Below are positions 24,801-37,501 of a stretch of 64,000 nucleotides of DNA, in pieces. The first letter of the stretch is position 1; every line of letters begins with the position of its first letter. Both the position numbers and the translations under genes were made by a program. Origin of the DNA: Phyllosticta citribraziliensis (Eukaryota); contig NW_027117338.1 of assembly GCF_038025025.1 (NCBI RefSeq), forward strand, positions 2,480,001 to 2,544,000, written 5' to 3'. A model generated the notes under the pieces. It had not been told where the DNA came from. It saw nothing but the letters and a program-made list of their open reading frames with translations, and made no database searches.

Positions 24801-27120
24801 GCTGCCTTCCTCTAAGAAGAACTATAAATTAAAATAGAAAGTGATAATAAAACAAGTCACTTAGGCCTATAGTAAATATTATAAAGATATAGAAAGTAGA
24901 CTAATTAGTTTACTATCTACCCTTATATAAATACTATTAATCTTAACTTCTACTCTCTAGTCTCTCCTTTTTACTACTTATTCCCTACTATCCTCTTCTT
25001 TAATTTCTACCCTTTACTTCTTTCCTTTTCCCTTCTTCTTATTATAATAGTTATTATATAAGACCGTCTCTTCTAGATCCTCTAGCTTATTAGGTAGGAT
25101 GTCCTACTTAGCTAAAGCCTAATTAGTTTAATCCTCTAACCTAGCTTGGTAGTATAAGTTCTAGAACTCCTCTATATAAATTTTATCTTTATACCTCTTA
25201 TAATAAGTAGGCGGCTTGGCACCCTTTAAGTTACTTATAGTACAGTTAAGGTTACCTATACCCTAAAGGCAGTTAGTATAGCGGCCCTATAAGAAACTAG
25301 GTAGGTAGTAATAACTAATAAACGCGCGAGTGTTAGTATTGTTATAACACTTGGTGTAGCTAATAGGGTTGTTAATTCTAGTATACTAGATAAGAAAAGC
25401 ATCGCGCAAGCTGGCTTAAGTTTTAACTAATAAGTAGTTAAATTGCTAAGTAGAAACTATAATATATAAGTAAGGTATGCTGTCACCTAAGGCCAAGATG
25501 CGCTTAGCGCACTCTTGCGCTTTAGAACTACTAAGGTGTGCCTATATAGTTAGTTAGATAAGAATCCCTTATATTAGCAAGATAAACTTACTTATATAAT
25601 ACTCTCTATATTCTTATAAGGGATATAAAGCATTAACTTAAAGTCCTACTTGATAGGTACCTTATTAGAGCTAACTGGCAATGCCGTAATATGAATCTTA
25701 CTGTTGCTGCTGTTATATAAAGTAGCAGGTAGTAAGTACTTAGCTACTAGAACCTAATAAGCTATAGGATTATAATAATGGCGTATATAAGTAGGCTCTT
25801 TACCTTCTTCCTCTAAAATAGGCTGTGTGATAGTAAACTAGTAGTAATGTGGCATAATGGGCTGGTTAGTAGTAGGCTGTATAGCTGTAGATGATGAACC
25901 TTATATAATAACTAATAATACTAATTGAGTAGAACCTGATACTGTAGTATGCTATAGGTAAAGTAATAAGCCTGTAGCTGTTCCTAGCTAAATAAGTAAA
26001 GCCTGGCCTAACTAAGTCTTTATATAAGTGTCCTCCTCTATAATTATATTGGTTAGTAAGACGGGACGACGAAGTAGTAAAACCTAGATATATAATACTA
26101 CTTAATAGCCTAGATAATAATTAGTAATAGTTAGAGATAGAATTAAAGTTCACTTACCTTAGGACTCTATATAATAGTCCTTATAGATACTACTAGCTAA
26201 AATAGCTCTCTAAGTGAGCAGTAACTATAACGGATCGTGAATGATGCCGCGTAATAATAACTTAATGCTATAACTCTTATATAATAGTAATGAGTCCTAA
26301 TAGACCAGACTATAATAAGTAGTAGATGTATTAAGTATATAGTGGCTAGGAATGTCTACTTTACTATTAGTAGGGTATAAATTATTTAAATTATTAGAAC
26401 CTTCGCGCGCGACAGTTAGTTTACTAGATCATGGCTAAATTAGACTGGGATAATAATATACTTTAATAGGGAGCTTTAGATATAGCTAAGTAAGATGGCG
26501 ACCTTCTATAGGTTATATAGTAAAAGAGATGGTAATAGAAAGAGATGGTATAGTAGTAGACCTAGACTAATAATTATACTATATATATAGAATGCTTAAA
26601 TTACTAAATCACTACTATTATGCATTATAAGTCTGCGCCTATATAAGCGCCTATAGCTGCTAATTCCTATGATTTCAGCTTCTCTTTAGGGGGGGCATAT
26701 CATAATAGGTGTACACATGCCTATATAAGTACTAGGGCCAGTATAGATAAACCTAGTGTTATATAGTTATAGGAAGCACGAGCCTCACCTTAGGTAGCAG
26801 CCTACTATAGCTCAGGCTAAAACCCACAGGCTAGCACCAGCTACTATAGCCTGGCACCAGCCACTATAGCCTTAGGAAGATACCATATAATAGCCTATTA
26901 ATACCTTACCTTTATAACTTACCTAATAATGACTAAGGACCCTTATATAAAGGATGAGAGGTAGAATAGTATAAAGGAAGGACTAGGAAATATATAGGTA
27001 GTAAGTATCTTTTATATTTTATTCTTTTAACTTATTAGATTTAATTAAGATATATACGCATTCTCTAGCAGTTTGCCTTTAGCCCTCACCTGTGTAATGA
27101 GAAATCTGCGAGTCGTGACA
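18881..27120 (+). mobile_element. Gypsy-B copy 1: full-length chromovirus, 8240 bp, 423-bp LTRs, TSD CTTAC, inserted in Gypsy-E integrase
   Basis: LTRs 18881-19303 and 26698-27120 (ending GTGACA); CTTAC at 18876-18880 and 27121-27125; PPT AGGGGGGG at 26688-26695. Gag CCHC ~20929-20970, protease ALADTGA ~21216, RT FIDDML ~22395, RNase H ETDAS ~22836, integrase GPF ~24432, chromodomain EWEVDHI ~24603. Confidence 0.97.
24870..26480 (-). pseudogene. Antisense accessory gene of Gypsy-B1: intron-containing, 6-Cys DUF3716-like domain
   Basis: Two-copy consensus reads ASSRDAFLIQ.TG..NP..CTKCRDN.NTRAF..CRHLP.F..GRCANCL.GTGN.DCT (~25415-25235). Minus-strand introns at 25591-25542 (GTAAGT..CTAAC..TAG) and 26157-26110 (GTAAGT..TACTAAT..TAG). 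Gene ends are approximate. Confidence 0.75.
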
Positions 27121-30100
27121 CTTACTATATAGTAGTAGGCTAATAAAGTCTATAGTAATATACTACTATAGCTATAATAGGATAGATAGTAGTTATAGCT
27201 AGCCTAAAATAGCTAGATAGGCCTTATAGATATATATATAGGTTATATAATTATCTATAACTTAGGATATAAGTAAGATAAGGTAAGGAAACTAAAATTA
27301 TAGTACTAGAAGGTTATATAGCTAAGTTTAGCTAGGGTAGCTAGTAAGTAGCTATTTATAGATATAATATATAAGGAGTAGCTAGAGTTTAGTAGGTATA
27401 ATAAGGTAGCTATCTATAAAGATATTCTACTACCTATTAATAGTAAATAGTAAGTCTAGCTTACTAGTATAATACCTCTAATTATTTATCTTAGTATTAT
27501 CTATAGTATTAGCTATAAGTAATTAATAGAGTATAAATATATTATTATTACTATTATTATTATTTATTAGGGCTAGCTCCTAGTCCTTATATATACTAGC
27601 TAAGAGCTTATTAGCTAGAAGTAGGGTCTAGTATTATATTTATTATTAGGGGTTATTAGTAGTAGGGGTATCCTAAGGATAGTAAGTAAGTATATTAGCC
27701 TTAATATTAGTATAGCTAGGGTAATATATAATCTTAAAGTCATATTTTAAGAGGAGTTTAGCCTAGTAGGCTTAATAATAAGTTAGCTATTTAGTTATAG
27801 TAAAGTACTATAATATCTAGTAATCTATAAATACTATAAATAGTATCTAGTAGGTCTTAAGATTAGGCTTTTATAACTCTAAGGTATAAATAATAGCTAG
27901 GAGCTCCTTATTATAGATAGTATAGTTAAGCTTAGCTAGTACTATAGTTTTAGAGTAGTATATAATAGGGTAAAGCTATTACTTATTATTATACTAGGAG
28001 AGAAAGCCCCTATTAGTCTAATTAGATAAGTCTATTTCTATAACTATCTTATAAGCTAGGTTAAAGTAGGTAAGGACTAGTACTATTATAAGGGTATACT
28101 TAAGACTATTAAATAACTATTATTTAGTATAGGTCTACTACTAATTAGTACCCTTATATATTAGCTATATTAGTAGCCTAGTAGTCTTACTATAGTCCTT
28201 AATAAATTACTAATAGAAATTAGTAGTACTAAGAAAGGACTAGACCTATTTTACTATTATAGGCTATTTCTAAGATATAATTATATTAATTTTAGAGGGA
28301 TCTATATAAATACTATTAGTAGAGATAATAATACCTAAAAACTAAGTTTCCTAGATATAGAACTTATACTTATTAATATTAACTTATAAACTATATTTCT
28401 ATAGATAAGTAAGGACCTCTCTAATATATTATTAGTAATCTATAAGTATTTAGCTATAAATAAGGATATTATTAAGATATATAGTAGTATACTTACTAAG
28501 ATAGTAGAATAGGTACTTATTAATTAGCTATTACTAGGTACTAGGGCTATTAGCTATACTAAAAGGTATAACTAAGTACTTATAGGTACTATAGTAGGTC
28601 TAGAATATAAGTAGGTCCTTAGTCTACTTATCTATAATATATATTTAGTAGAAAGCCTATTTAATATTAAGCTTAGTAATATACTTAGTACCTCTTATCT
28701 AGCTAATTATCTTATCTAGTAATAGGAGGGGATAGTAATCCTTCTTTATAAGTTTATTAAGCTTATAATAATTAATTTAGAAATAAATACTACTATTAGG
28801 CTTAGCTACTAGTAAAATAGGTAATACTATACCTACCTTACTAGGCTCTAATATACTAAGATTAATACCCTCCTAGATATACTACTTAATCTTAGCTAAC
28901 TAGATATTATTAGTATACTAGAGTAGTATATACCTAAGGTCTTTAAGTTTAGTACTATCTTTTAGTTCTATATAGAAGTTAGTCTATAGATAGGTATAAG
29001 GGAGTAGGTTAGTATTATAGAAAGTATCTAAGAGGTTATAATACTTATAAGGGATAGTATAATATAAGTAAGGCTTATTACTACTAGTACTAAAAGCTTA
29101 TAGGATAGGCTCTAATAAATAAAGTTTAGTATACTTTAAGTTATTAATAGGAGTAAAGGTATAGATAGAATAGGCCTTAATACTAAGCTATTATTAGAGT
29201 AGGACTATATTAAAAGCTATAATTAGTACTATATTAGCTAATAAGCTTACCTAGGAATAACTCTACTTATTAAGCTAACTTATAGTCTCCTTAATAATAG
29301 AAATATCCTTAGGTACTTAGTAGTAGTATTATAATTAAGAGAGCTCTCTTAGTAGGCCTATCTTATAATATATTAACTAGTACAGCTAGCTAACTTACTT
29401 AGTACTAACTTATAGGGGAGAGATTATTAGGTTATTATTAAGAGGTTAGCTATAATATAAGATCTTAATAGGAGTTATAGTAGTAGGCTATAGTAGGGAT
29501 AAGGTAGTATTATTTATAGATAGTAATAGTAGTAAGGGATAGTTATTAGATAACTAGCTATTAGTCTAGGGGAGAGTTATAGTTATAGTTATAGGTAGTA
29601 GTATACTAGCTATAGATATAGGTAGGTAGACTATACTAGACTATAATACCTAAGATAATATTTAAGTAGATAGTAAGGATTTAATTAGCTTAGAGGCTAC
29701 CTAAGGCTAAACTAAAATATTCTAAGATTTAGCTAAAAAATTATCTCTTAAATTAGTACTATACTAATATAACCTATCTAACTTTACTCTACTAATCTTT
29801 AATAATATATAGCCTAGATCTAGTATAAAACTAAACTAGTATATATACTCTAAGCTAATAAATAAATTATATAAAAGACTAATCTAGGTAATTATTATAG
29901 AAGCCTATAAATTAAAAAGTATAGAATCCTTCCTATATTCTAAGCTAAATAATAACCTAGTAATAAGCTTATAGGTAAGATATTAGGTCTAGCTATATAT
30001 ATAGTTACTAATTATCTAGGGCTTATATAACTATTACTTCTAAGTACTAGTAGTAATAAGTTTACTCTTAAGGGACTAGCTTATATATAGGCTACTAGTA

Positions 30101-31963
30101 TAGCTAGAGTTAATAAGGATATAGATAGGCTATAGTAGTATATTAGGATATAAATAGATATATATAGTATAAGAGTAGTAAGAAGGACTAGAAACTCTAT
30201 TCCCTAATTATATTAAATAACTAATAGCTATCTTATAGGTATTACCTCCTATAGTAGTTTTATAGGAGGCTACTCATTTCCTAATATCTTATCTAAATCT
30301 ATAATATTACTACTACTAATAATAATAATACCTAGGTCCTTAACTATATCTATAAACTTATTAGTAAACTCCTTTACCCTAGTAGCCACGCAGGTATAAA
30401 TTAGCTACTAATATATAGGCTTACTATAGGGATAGTCCTTAATCTAGTACCCTAGACTACTATAATACTAATAACTATAATCCTCTAGTATAACTATATA
30501 CTCCTATTTAATACTACTAGTAGTACCTTTAGTAGTAGGAGTGGCCTAATAAGAAGGCCTAGCTAGTATAGGTATATAGAGGGTACCCTTATAGTAGTTT
30601 ACTATTTATAGGGTTAGTACTAGCTTAGCCTAGTAAATATTAGTAGCCTAGCCTAAGATATATAATAGTTTAGTATAGCCTTTTATAATATTAGTAATAG
30701 TAATATTATAGAATAGCTTATATAGCTTATAGATTAGCTAATCCTTAGCTATATAGCTATCCTAGCTAGTATATTAAGCTAATATATAGAATATATATAA
30801 GCTATCTAATAAGGTCTAGATAGCCTTAGGGTTATTAGTACTATCTTTACTATTATTATTATTATTAATAATAATAGCAGCTAATATAGCCTTACTAGCT
30901 AGGTAAGAGTAAATATATATAGCCTAGGCTATATTATCTAGATACTAGCTACTATTAAAGAGCAGCTTATCCTTAATACTACTATACTATATATAGTAGT
31001 TATCTAGTGTGCTATTACTAGACTAGTACTTAGGATTAGTAAACTAGTACTAGACCTTATAGCCTAGTATATTACCCCTATTATAAATTACCTATATAAG
31101 CCCTAGGACCTGCTCCTAGAGCTACTAAGTTATTAGTATAGTAATAGTAGGTAGTTTATTATTATTATTACCCTAAGGGGTAATAGGTTAACTAGATAAT
31201 AGGCTAGTAGTTAAGGACTACTAGCTAGCTATTAGTATTATCTAAGGAGTAGTTAATAGTACTATACTATTAGTAGACTAGCTACTCTTAGCTATTATAC
31301 AGGTTATTAACTATATAATATAATAAGATATTATATCTCTATTACTAATAGGACTATCTTAGTCTAGAATCTTACTTATATACCTTATCTAAGGCTATAG
31401 ACTATAAAAATAATAATACCTAGTACTTCTAGTATATCTAAAACTATAGTATTTTAACCTAATACCTTATAGGGCATAATTAAAGTAAGAAAACTTATTA
31501 ATAAGGGATAGATAATAAGTCTTATCCTCTTATAAGTAGTAAGAGACCTATTAATAGTATTATAGTACCTAGTAGAGTAAGTTAATATAGACTACTAATA
31601 ATTAATAGGTAAGAAGTAAGAGTAGTTATTATATAGCCTATATAGAATAACTATCTACTCTTAGGCTAACTAGAAATAGCTAGTATATATAGAAGAAGTA
31701 AATACTAAGTACTAGATACTATAAAATACAAGTAGCGCGCGCCGTATTATATAATAATAGGCTACTAGTATAGCCTAAATTAATAAGGATATAGACTAGC
31801 TTTAGAAGTATATTAGGATATATATAAATATATATAGTATAAGAATAGTAAGAAGGACTAGTAACTCTATTCCCTAATTATATTAAATAACTAATAGCTA
31901 TCTTATAGGTACTACCTCCTATTATAGTTTTATAGGAGGCTATTTGTTTTCTAATATCTTATC

Positions 31964-34900
31964 TATAAGAGGCTTAAAGAGGTAAATAATATATTTAGCT
32001 ATCTTAAATCTAAACTAGAGAAGAAAAGAAGAGATAGAGGAAAGAAAAGAAGAAGAACTAAATACTATCTTACTTAATAGCTAGGCTTAGTAAGCCTAGC
32101 TTATAATATTATATAATAGGTTTACTAGGTTAAATTCTAGTACCTAGATCCTTTAAGTTATAGTCTAATACTACCCCTCCCTTTACTAGATAAAGTCCCT
32201 TAAGCCTAAGATACTAGTATATCCTCCTTATTAATAGGGTCTTCCTAATTAAGTAAACTATTAGGGGGAGGTAGTAAGTATAGGTTTAGCTAATAAAAGT
32301 TAAGGATAAGGTAGTAAGAGTAGAGGAAGTTAATCTAGAGTTACTAGAGTAGATTAGTATTTTATTTATTTTATAGATTAATATATATTATCTTATACTA
32401 AATACTATACTATTTTATTTCTCTAAAGTTAATAACTTTAGATACTTTAAACTTATTATATTTACTATTACTATCCTAGATAAGGGACCTATATAGTAGT
32501 TTAGGAGCTTATCTAGGGTAAGAATTAGTAGTAGTAAGGTAGAGTTTCTAAAGATAGAAAATTAGGATAGGTCTATTAGCTAACCTATTAGTAGGTACCT
32601 TAAGCTTATAAGCTTTATAGTTAATAACCCTCTTAATAGGCTAGGGCCTAATAAACTTCTAGTTAAGGCCCTTACTAAGATATAAAGATAATAGGTTATA
32701 GGTATTAACCTAAATATAGTTACTAATCTTATAGTATAGGTATAGTAAGTAGTACTTATTAGTATAATAGGAGTATTCTACTTAAGCTATTTATATTATT
32801 ATAGCTAGATAGGAGTCTATAGCCTTAGTTTATAATATAATATAGTTAGTATATTTAATTTAAGAATCTTAGAATTTATTTAGGTTTACTAGCTTAATAC
32901 CTAATTATAGGTAGTAACTATAGTTAGTAAAGAAGAGGGATATTTTAGTAGACTAGTTAATATAGTTATTTAAGGTAAACTTAGTATAGAGAAGCTAGGC
33001 TATCTAGGTACTCTATATATAGTTAATATATATTTATAGGTAGATTTTAATAGCTTTATTCTTAATCTTAGTCTAGCTATTAGTCTTAAGGTAATAGGTA
33101 GAGGAGTACTTAATCTTAATTCTATAGTATTTATATATTCTAGATTAAAGCTTAGTAATTATTATACTTCTATAGTTATTAATAAAGTTAGAGATAAGGC
33201 TATAAATAGAGAATAGGTAGTAGTTTATTACTTTATAGAGTAAGTTAACTAAGTTATCTAGGAGGCCCTTTAGGATAATAGCTTTAATTAGATAGTTAAC
33301 TATAATAAGGATATACTAGTAGTTCTTATTTTTCTAGTAAAAGAAGGGGAGCTTTTTAATAAAGTTAAAGCTAATACTATTCTAGTAGTACTTAGGGGGG
33401 TCTAATAGCTATAGGAAACCTTACTTCTTAGTATTATTACTATAGGTAATAAAGTATATATAGTAGGTAGAGATAAAGGTATAAAGGTCCTAGTATATAT
33501 ATAGCTAGTAGTAGTTCTAGGATATAACCTTAAATATTAACTTATAGCTAGGGTAACTAAGGTATAGTAGGAGATAATATAGCTATATTAAATAGAAATA
33601 TACTTCTATACTTCTAGAGATAAAGAATTAATCCTTTATATATAAGTAGCTATTTCTAATCTATAGGTACTCTATATAGTATTTATAGCCCTCCTTAATA
33701 AGTCTAGTAGGGAGTTTTTAATTTCTAGCTAGAATAGCTATTATTATCTCCTTTATATTAGTATCCTTCTAGTATACTTATTCTATTAGATTATTAAGAT
33801 ATAGGGTATTAGAGATACTATAGTTCTTAGAATATAGTTTCTTAATTAGAGATAGTAAAGATATAGTATCCTAATTAAGGTTAATCTAGAGAGGTAATTC
33901 TAAGAGTTTATTTAAGGTTATAATAAGATAGGCTAAGTCTATATAGACCTATTAGTCTATATAGTCCTTCTTTAGAATAGTCTAGAACTAGAATTCTTAT
34001 TAAGTATTATTTAGGTCTATAGGTAAGTCCTAAGAATAGTATATAAGTAAGTTAGGCTTCTTATCCTATTTCCCTAGTTAGTATATAATCTTAAAGTTAA
34101 ACTTAGATAGGAACTTAGCCTAATATATTTAATAGTAGCTTAGGTTCTTTATTATTATAAATTATTCTAGATTCTAGTAGTTAGAGTATATCTTAATAGG
34201 ATTTAAAAGTTCTATACTTATAGTCTTAGGTCTCTAGTTTTTAAAGGCCTTAATAATAGCTAGGAGTTCCTTATTATAGATCTTATAATTATACTTAGTA
34301 GATAATATCTTTTTTAAAAAGAAGATAATAGATTAGAGATTTCTATCTACTATCTAAAAAAGAATTTTAGTAGTAATAAAGTCTAAGGTATCTATCTCTA
34401 TCTAGGTTTCTTAAAAAGGGTTAAAGTAGGTAAGTATAGAGGTTAAGATAAATATACCTTTTAACTTATTAAAAGCCTATTAGTACTTCTAGGACTAGTA
34501 GAATTATCTATAAATCCTTTAATAATAGCTAGATAGGGAGATAGAGGTCTTATCTTAGATAAGCTCTATTAGGGGCTTAGCTAAAGTAGAGAAGTTATAG
34601 ATAAAATAATAGTAAAAGTTAATAAAGCCTAAAAAGGCCTAAATATCCTTAATATTCTTTAGGGTTTACTAGTTAATAACTATAGAGACTTTTTAGGGGT
34701 CTATCTTAATACTATTAGCTCCTATAATTAGGCTAAGGTATATAATTTTAGTCTTATAAAATTTATACTTATAGATATCTATATAGAGCTTCTATTCTAG
34801 TAACCTCTTAGCTACCTTATAGATATACTCCTTATATTCTTCTAGAGTATAGCTAAAGATAAGGATATTATTAAGGTATATAGTAGCCTAAAGATTAAGG

Positions 34901-37501
34901 TATTTATAGAGGGAGTTAATAATATAACTCTAGAAAGTACTAGAGGTATTATAGAGCTTAAAGGGTATAACTAGGTATTTAAATTAGCTATATCTAGTAG
35001 TAAAAGCTATTTTCTACTTATTACTAGTAGTAATCCTAATATAGTTAAAGATAGTAATAATATTAAACTTAGTAAAGAACTATAACCCCTAAATCCTTTA
35101 TAGGGTCTTATAGATATTAGGTATTAGATAGTAGTTCTTAATAGTTACTTTATTTAACCTATAATAGTCTATATAGATATATAGGCTACTATTAGGCTTC
35201 TAGATAATAAGAATAGGGGTAATAATAGGAGAAGAGCTCTAATAAATATAGCCCTTCTTAATTAGCTTATTAATATATTACTTAATAGCTTTAAGCTTAA
35301 GGGGGGTTATAGGTTAATATCTATATATAAATAGGGGCTCTTTTCTAGTTCCTAGGTAGATCTTATAATTCTTAGGTAAATATTTAAGGAGTAGGTCTAT
35401 AGAATTATAGTTAAATAGTTTAAATAAGTTATAGAGGTACTTAGGGACCTAGGCTAGTAACTCTTTATAGCTTAGTTATATTTTCCCTTATTTAAACTTA
35501 GTATAGTCTTTAAGGGTTACTATATTAGCTATAGTAGTATTAAGATATATTTTAGGGCTAGTATTTAAAGGGAAGATAATACTAGTAGAGTAACCCTTTT
35601 TTTAGGTTAATTTATAAAATTCTACTATATTTAGAAATTTTATATCTAGGCTATTAATCCTACTTTTTAGCTTAGGAGTATTAAGTATAAGGATATATTT
35701 AGGTTTACCTTTATTAAGGTATCTATTATAGAGATAGTCTTCTAATAATAAGAGGAGGGATTAGGTTTTATAGTTTATAATAGCCTTATATTTATAGAGC
35801 TATAAATTACTAATAATAGTAGAGTAATAAGGGACTTAGATTATATAGAAGAAGACTTTACTAATATAGCTCCTAAAAGAGACCTTAACTAGAGAGGTAT
35901 AGGAGAGGACTAAGTATATAGAGCTATTAGTATTAAGAAGTTTAACTAGGTTAGAGAGTTTAAATATATAGATTTTATTATACTTTATAAAGAATTTATT
36001 AATAATATTAATTTTAGTACTACTATTATATAAGAGTTAGGTAGAGAGTCTATTTAATTCTAAATAAAAGACTAAATAACTCTTAACTAACTTTCTATTT
36101 TTATTAAGGGTTAAAATCTTATACTATAGTAGCTATATTATTAAATAGGAAATAGAGAATAATAAAATCTAGTATAAGAGGCCTAAAGGGTAACTATCTT
36201 TTAGGCCCTATCTTTTAATATCTCTTTATTATTAGAGGGTAGCTCCTCTATATAGTTAGAGGCCTCTATTATATTTAGGTTCCTAATATATATAGAGTTA
36301 GTAATATTCTTAGAATAGACTAGGTTAACTAATAAGTAGCCTAAGCTATAGTAATAGAAGTAATAGTATTATATAGCTAACTTTACTTAGCTTAAGTTAT
36401 CTAGTTATAGTAGGTTTTCTAGTAGTTTATACTATATACTAATCTAACTAGAGGGTTTAGTTACTATTAAGGTTTATAAGGAGGGAGTTAGAGTACCTAT
36501 TACTATTTAGAGGGTTATATAGGAGGATATAAAGTAAAAGGAGTTAGGCTTTAGTATAAAGGAGTTAGAGAAGAACTAGTTTCTAGTAGAGTTTATTTAG
36601 AGATATATATAGTTTATCTATTTAATATAGGGTATCTTCTTTCTTAGAGATAGTAGTTTAAAGAGATACTCTACTATCTAAGTTTTCTTTTATAAGCTTA
36701 GAGTATCCTAGAGAGGTATTTAAAAAGAAATTAAAAAGGTAGTTAGTAATAGAAGGGACTAACTTAAGATAATTATTAAGATAGTAGCTAAAGATAAACT
36801 AGAAAGATATAAGGTATAAGTAACTAGAGTTATAGAAGAGGAGTAAGATAAGATTAAGTTCTAGGCTTAAGATCTTTATTCTAGTAGAGCTAAGGCTAAG
36901 TTAATTATAGGCTATAATAGACTTATAATCTATATCTTTAATTAAGGGTAAAAGGATATTAGCTAGATTAACTATAGCTTTACCTTTTCCTATTTTAAAA
37001 AGATTAGAGGTAGTAGTATAGTAGGATTCCCTAATATTTAAGATCTTTATAGAGTTTTTCTTAAAGATAAGGATATAAAAAGAGGCTAATTTAACCTTAC
37101 TAATATAGGATAAGAATAAGATAGATCTAATATTATATTAATAGTAGCTAGGTCCTAGGGGTAATAGGTTATTAAAATTATTAAAGTAGTAGTTAAATAT
37201 AGTACTAGTATTATAGTTCTTAGTATAGTACTAAGGGATTAATATATAATCTATTAATTAATAATATTAAATATCTAAGAGGAGAGTTTAGATTTATAAG
37301 AGGCTTAAAGAGGTAAATAATATATTTAGCTATCTTAAATCTAAACTAGAGAAGAAAAGAAGAGATAGAAGAAAGAGAAGAAGGAGAACTAAGTACTATT
37401 TTACTTAATAGCTAGGCTTAGTAAGCCTAGCTTATAAGATTATATAATAGGTTTACTAGATTAGATTCTAGTACCTAGGTCCTTTAGGTTATAGCCTAAT
37501 A
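31964..37501 (-). mobile_element. Gypsy-F: chromovirus-like element, about 5.5 kb, 207-bp LTRs, inserted in Gypsy-C near the gag/pol junction
   Basis: LTRs 31964-32170 and 37295-37501; PPT AAGGGAGGGGTAG (minus) at 32171-32183. Integrase SAYHPETDGQ ~33105-33073 and KFIGPW ~32660-32640, RT VYLDDIL ~34882-34862, chromodomain-like segment ~32455-32285. The TSD is not clean. Confidence 0.92.

Larger units (their letters stand above)
17527..31756 (-). mobile_element. Gypsy-E: sister family of Gypsy-C, about 6.0 kb net, 199-bp LTRs, TSD ATAGG, inserted in Gypsy-C
   Basis: LTRs 17527-17725 and 31558-31756; ATAGG at 17522-17526 and 31757-31761; poly-G PPT at 17729-17749; RT YLDDIL at ~28482-28465. 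ORF 18702..18899 is a surviving integrase fragment. Confidence 0.95.

Noticed and set aside
31964..37501. Gypsy-F as a Ty1/copia element (LTR end resembles TGTTGG)
   Set aside because: Domain order RT-RNase H-integrase, with a GPW motif and chromodomain-like tail, is Ty3/gypsy.
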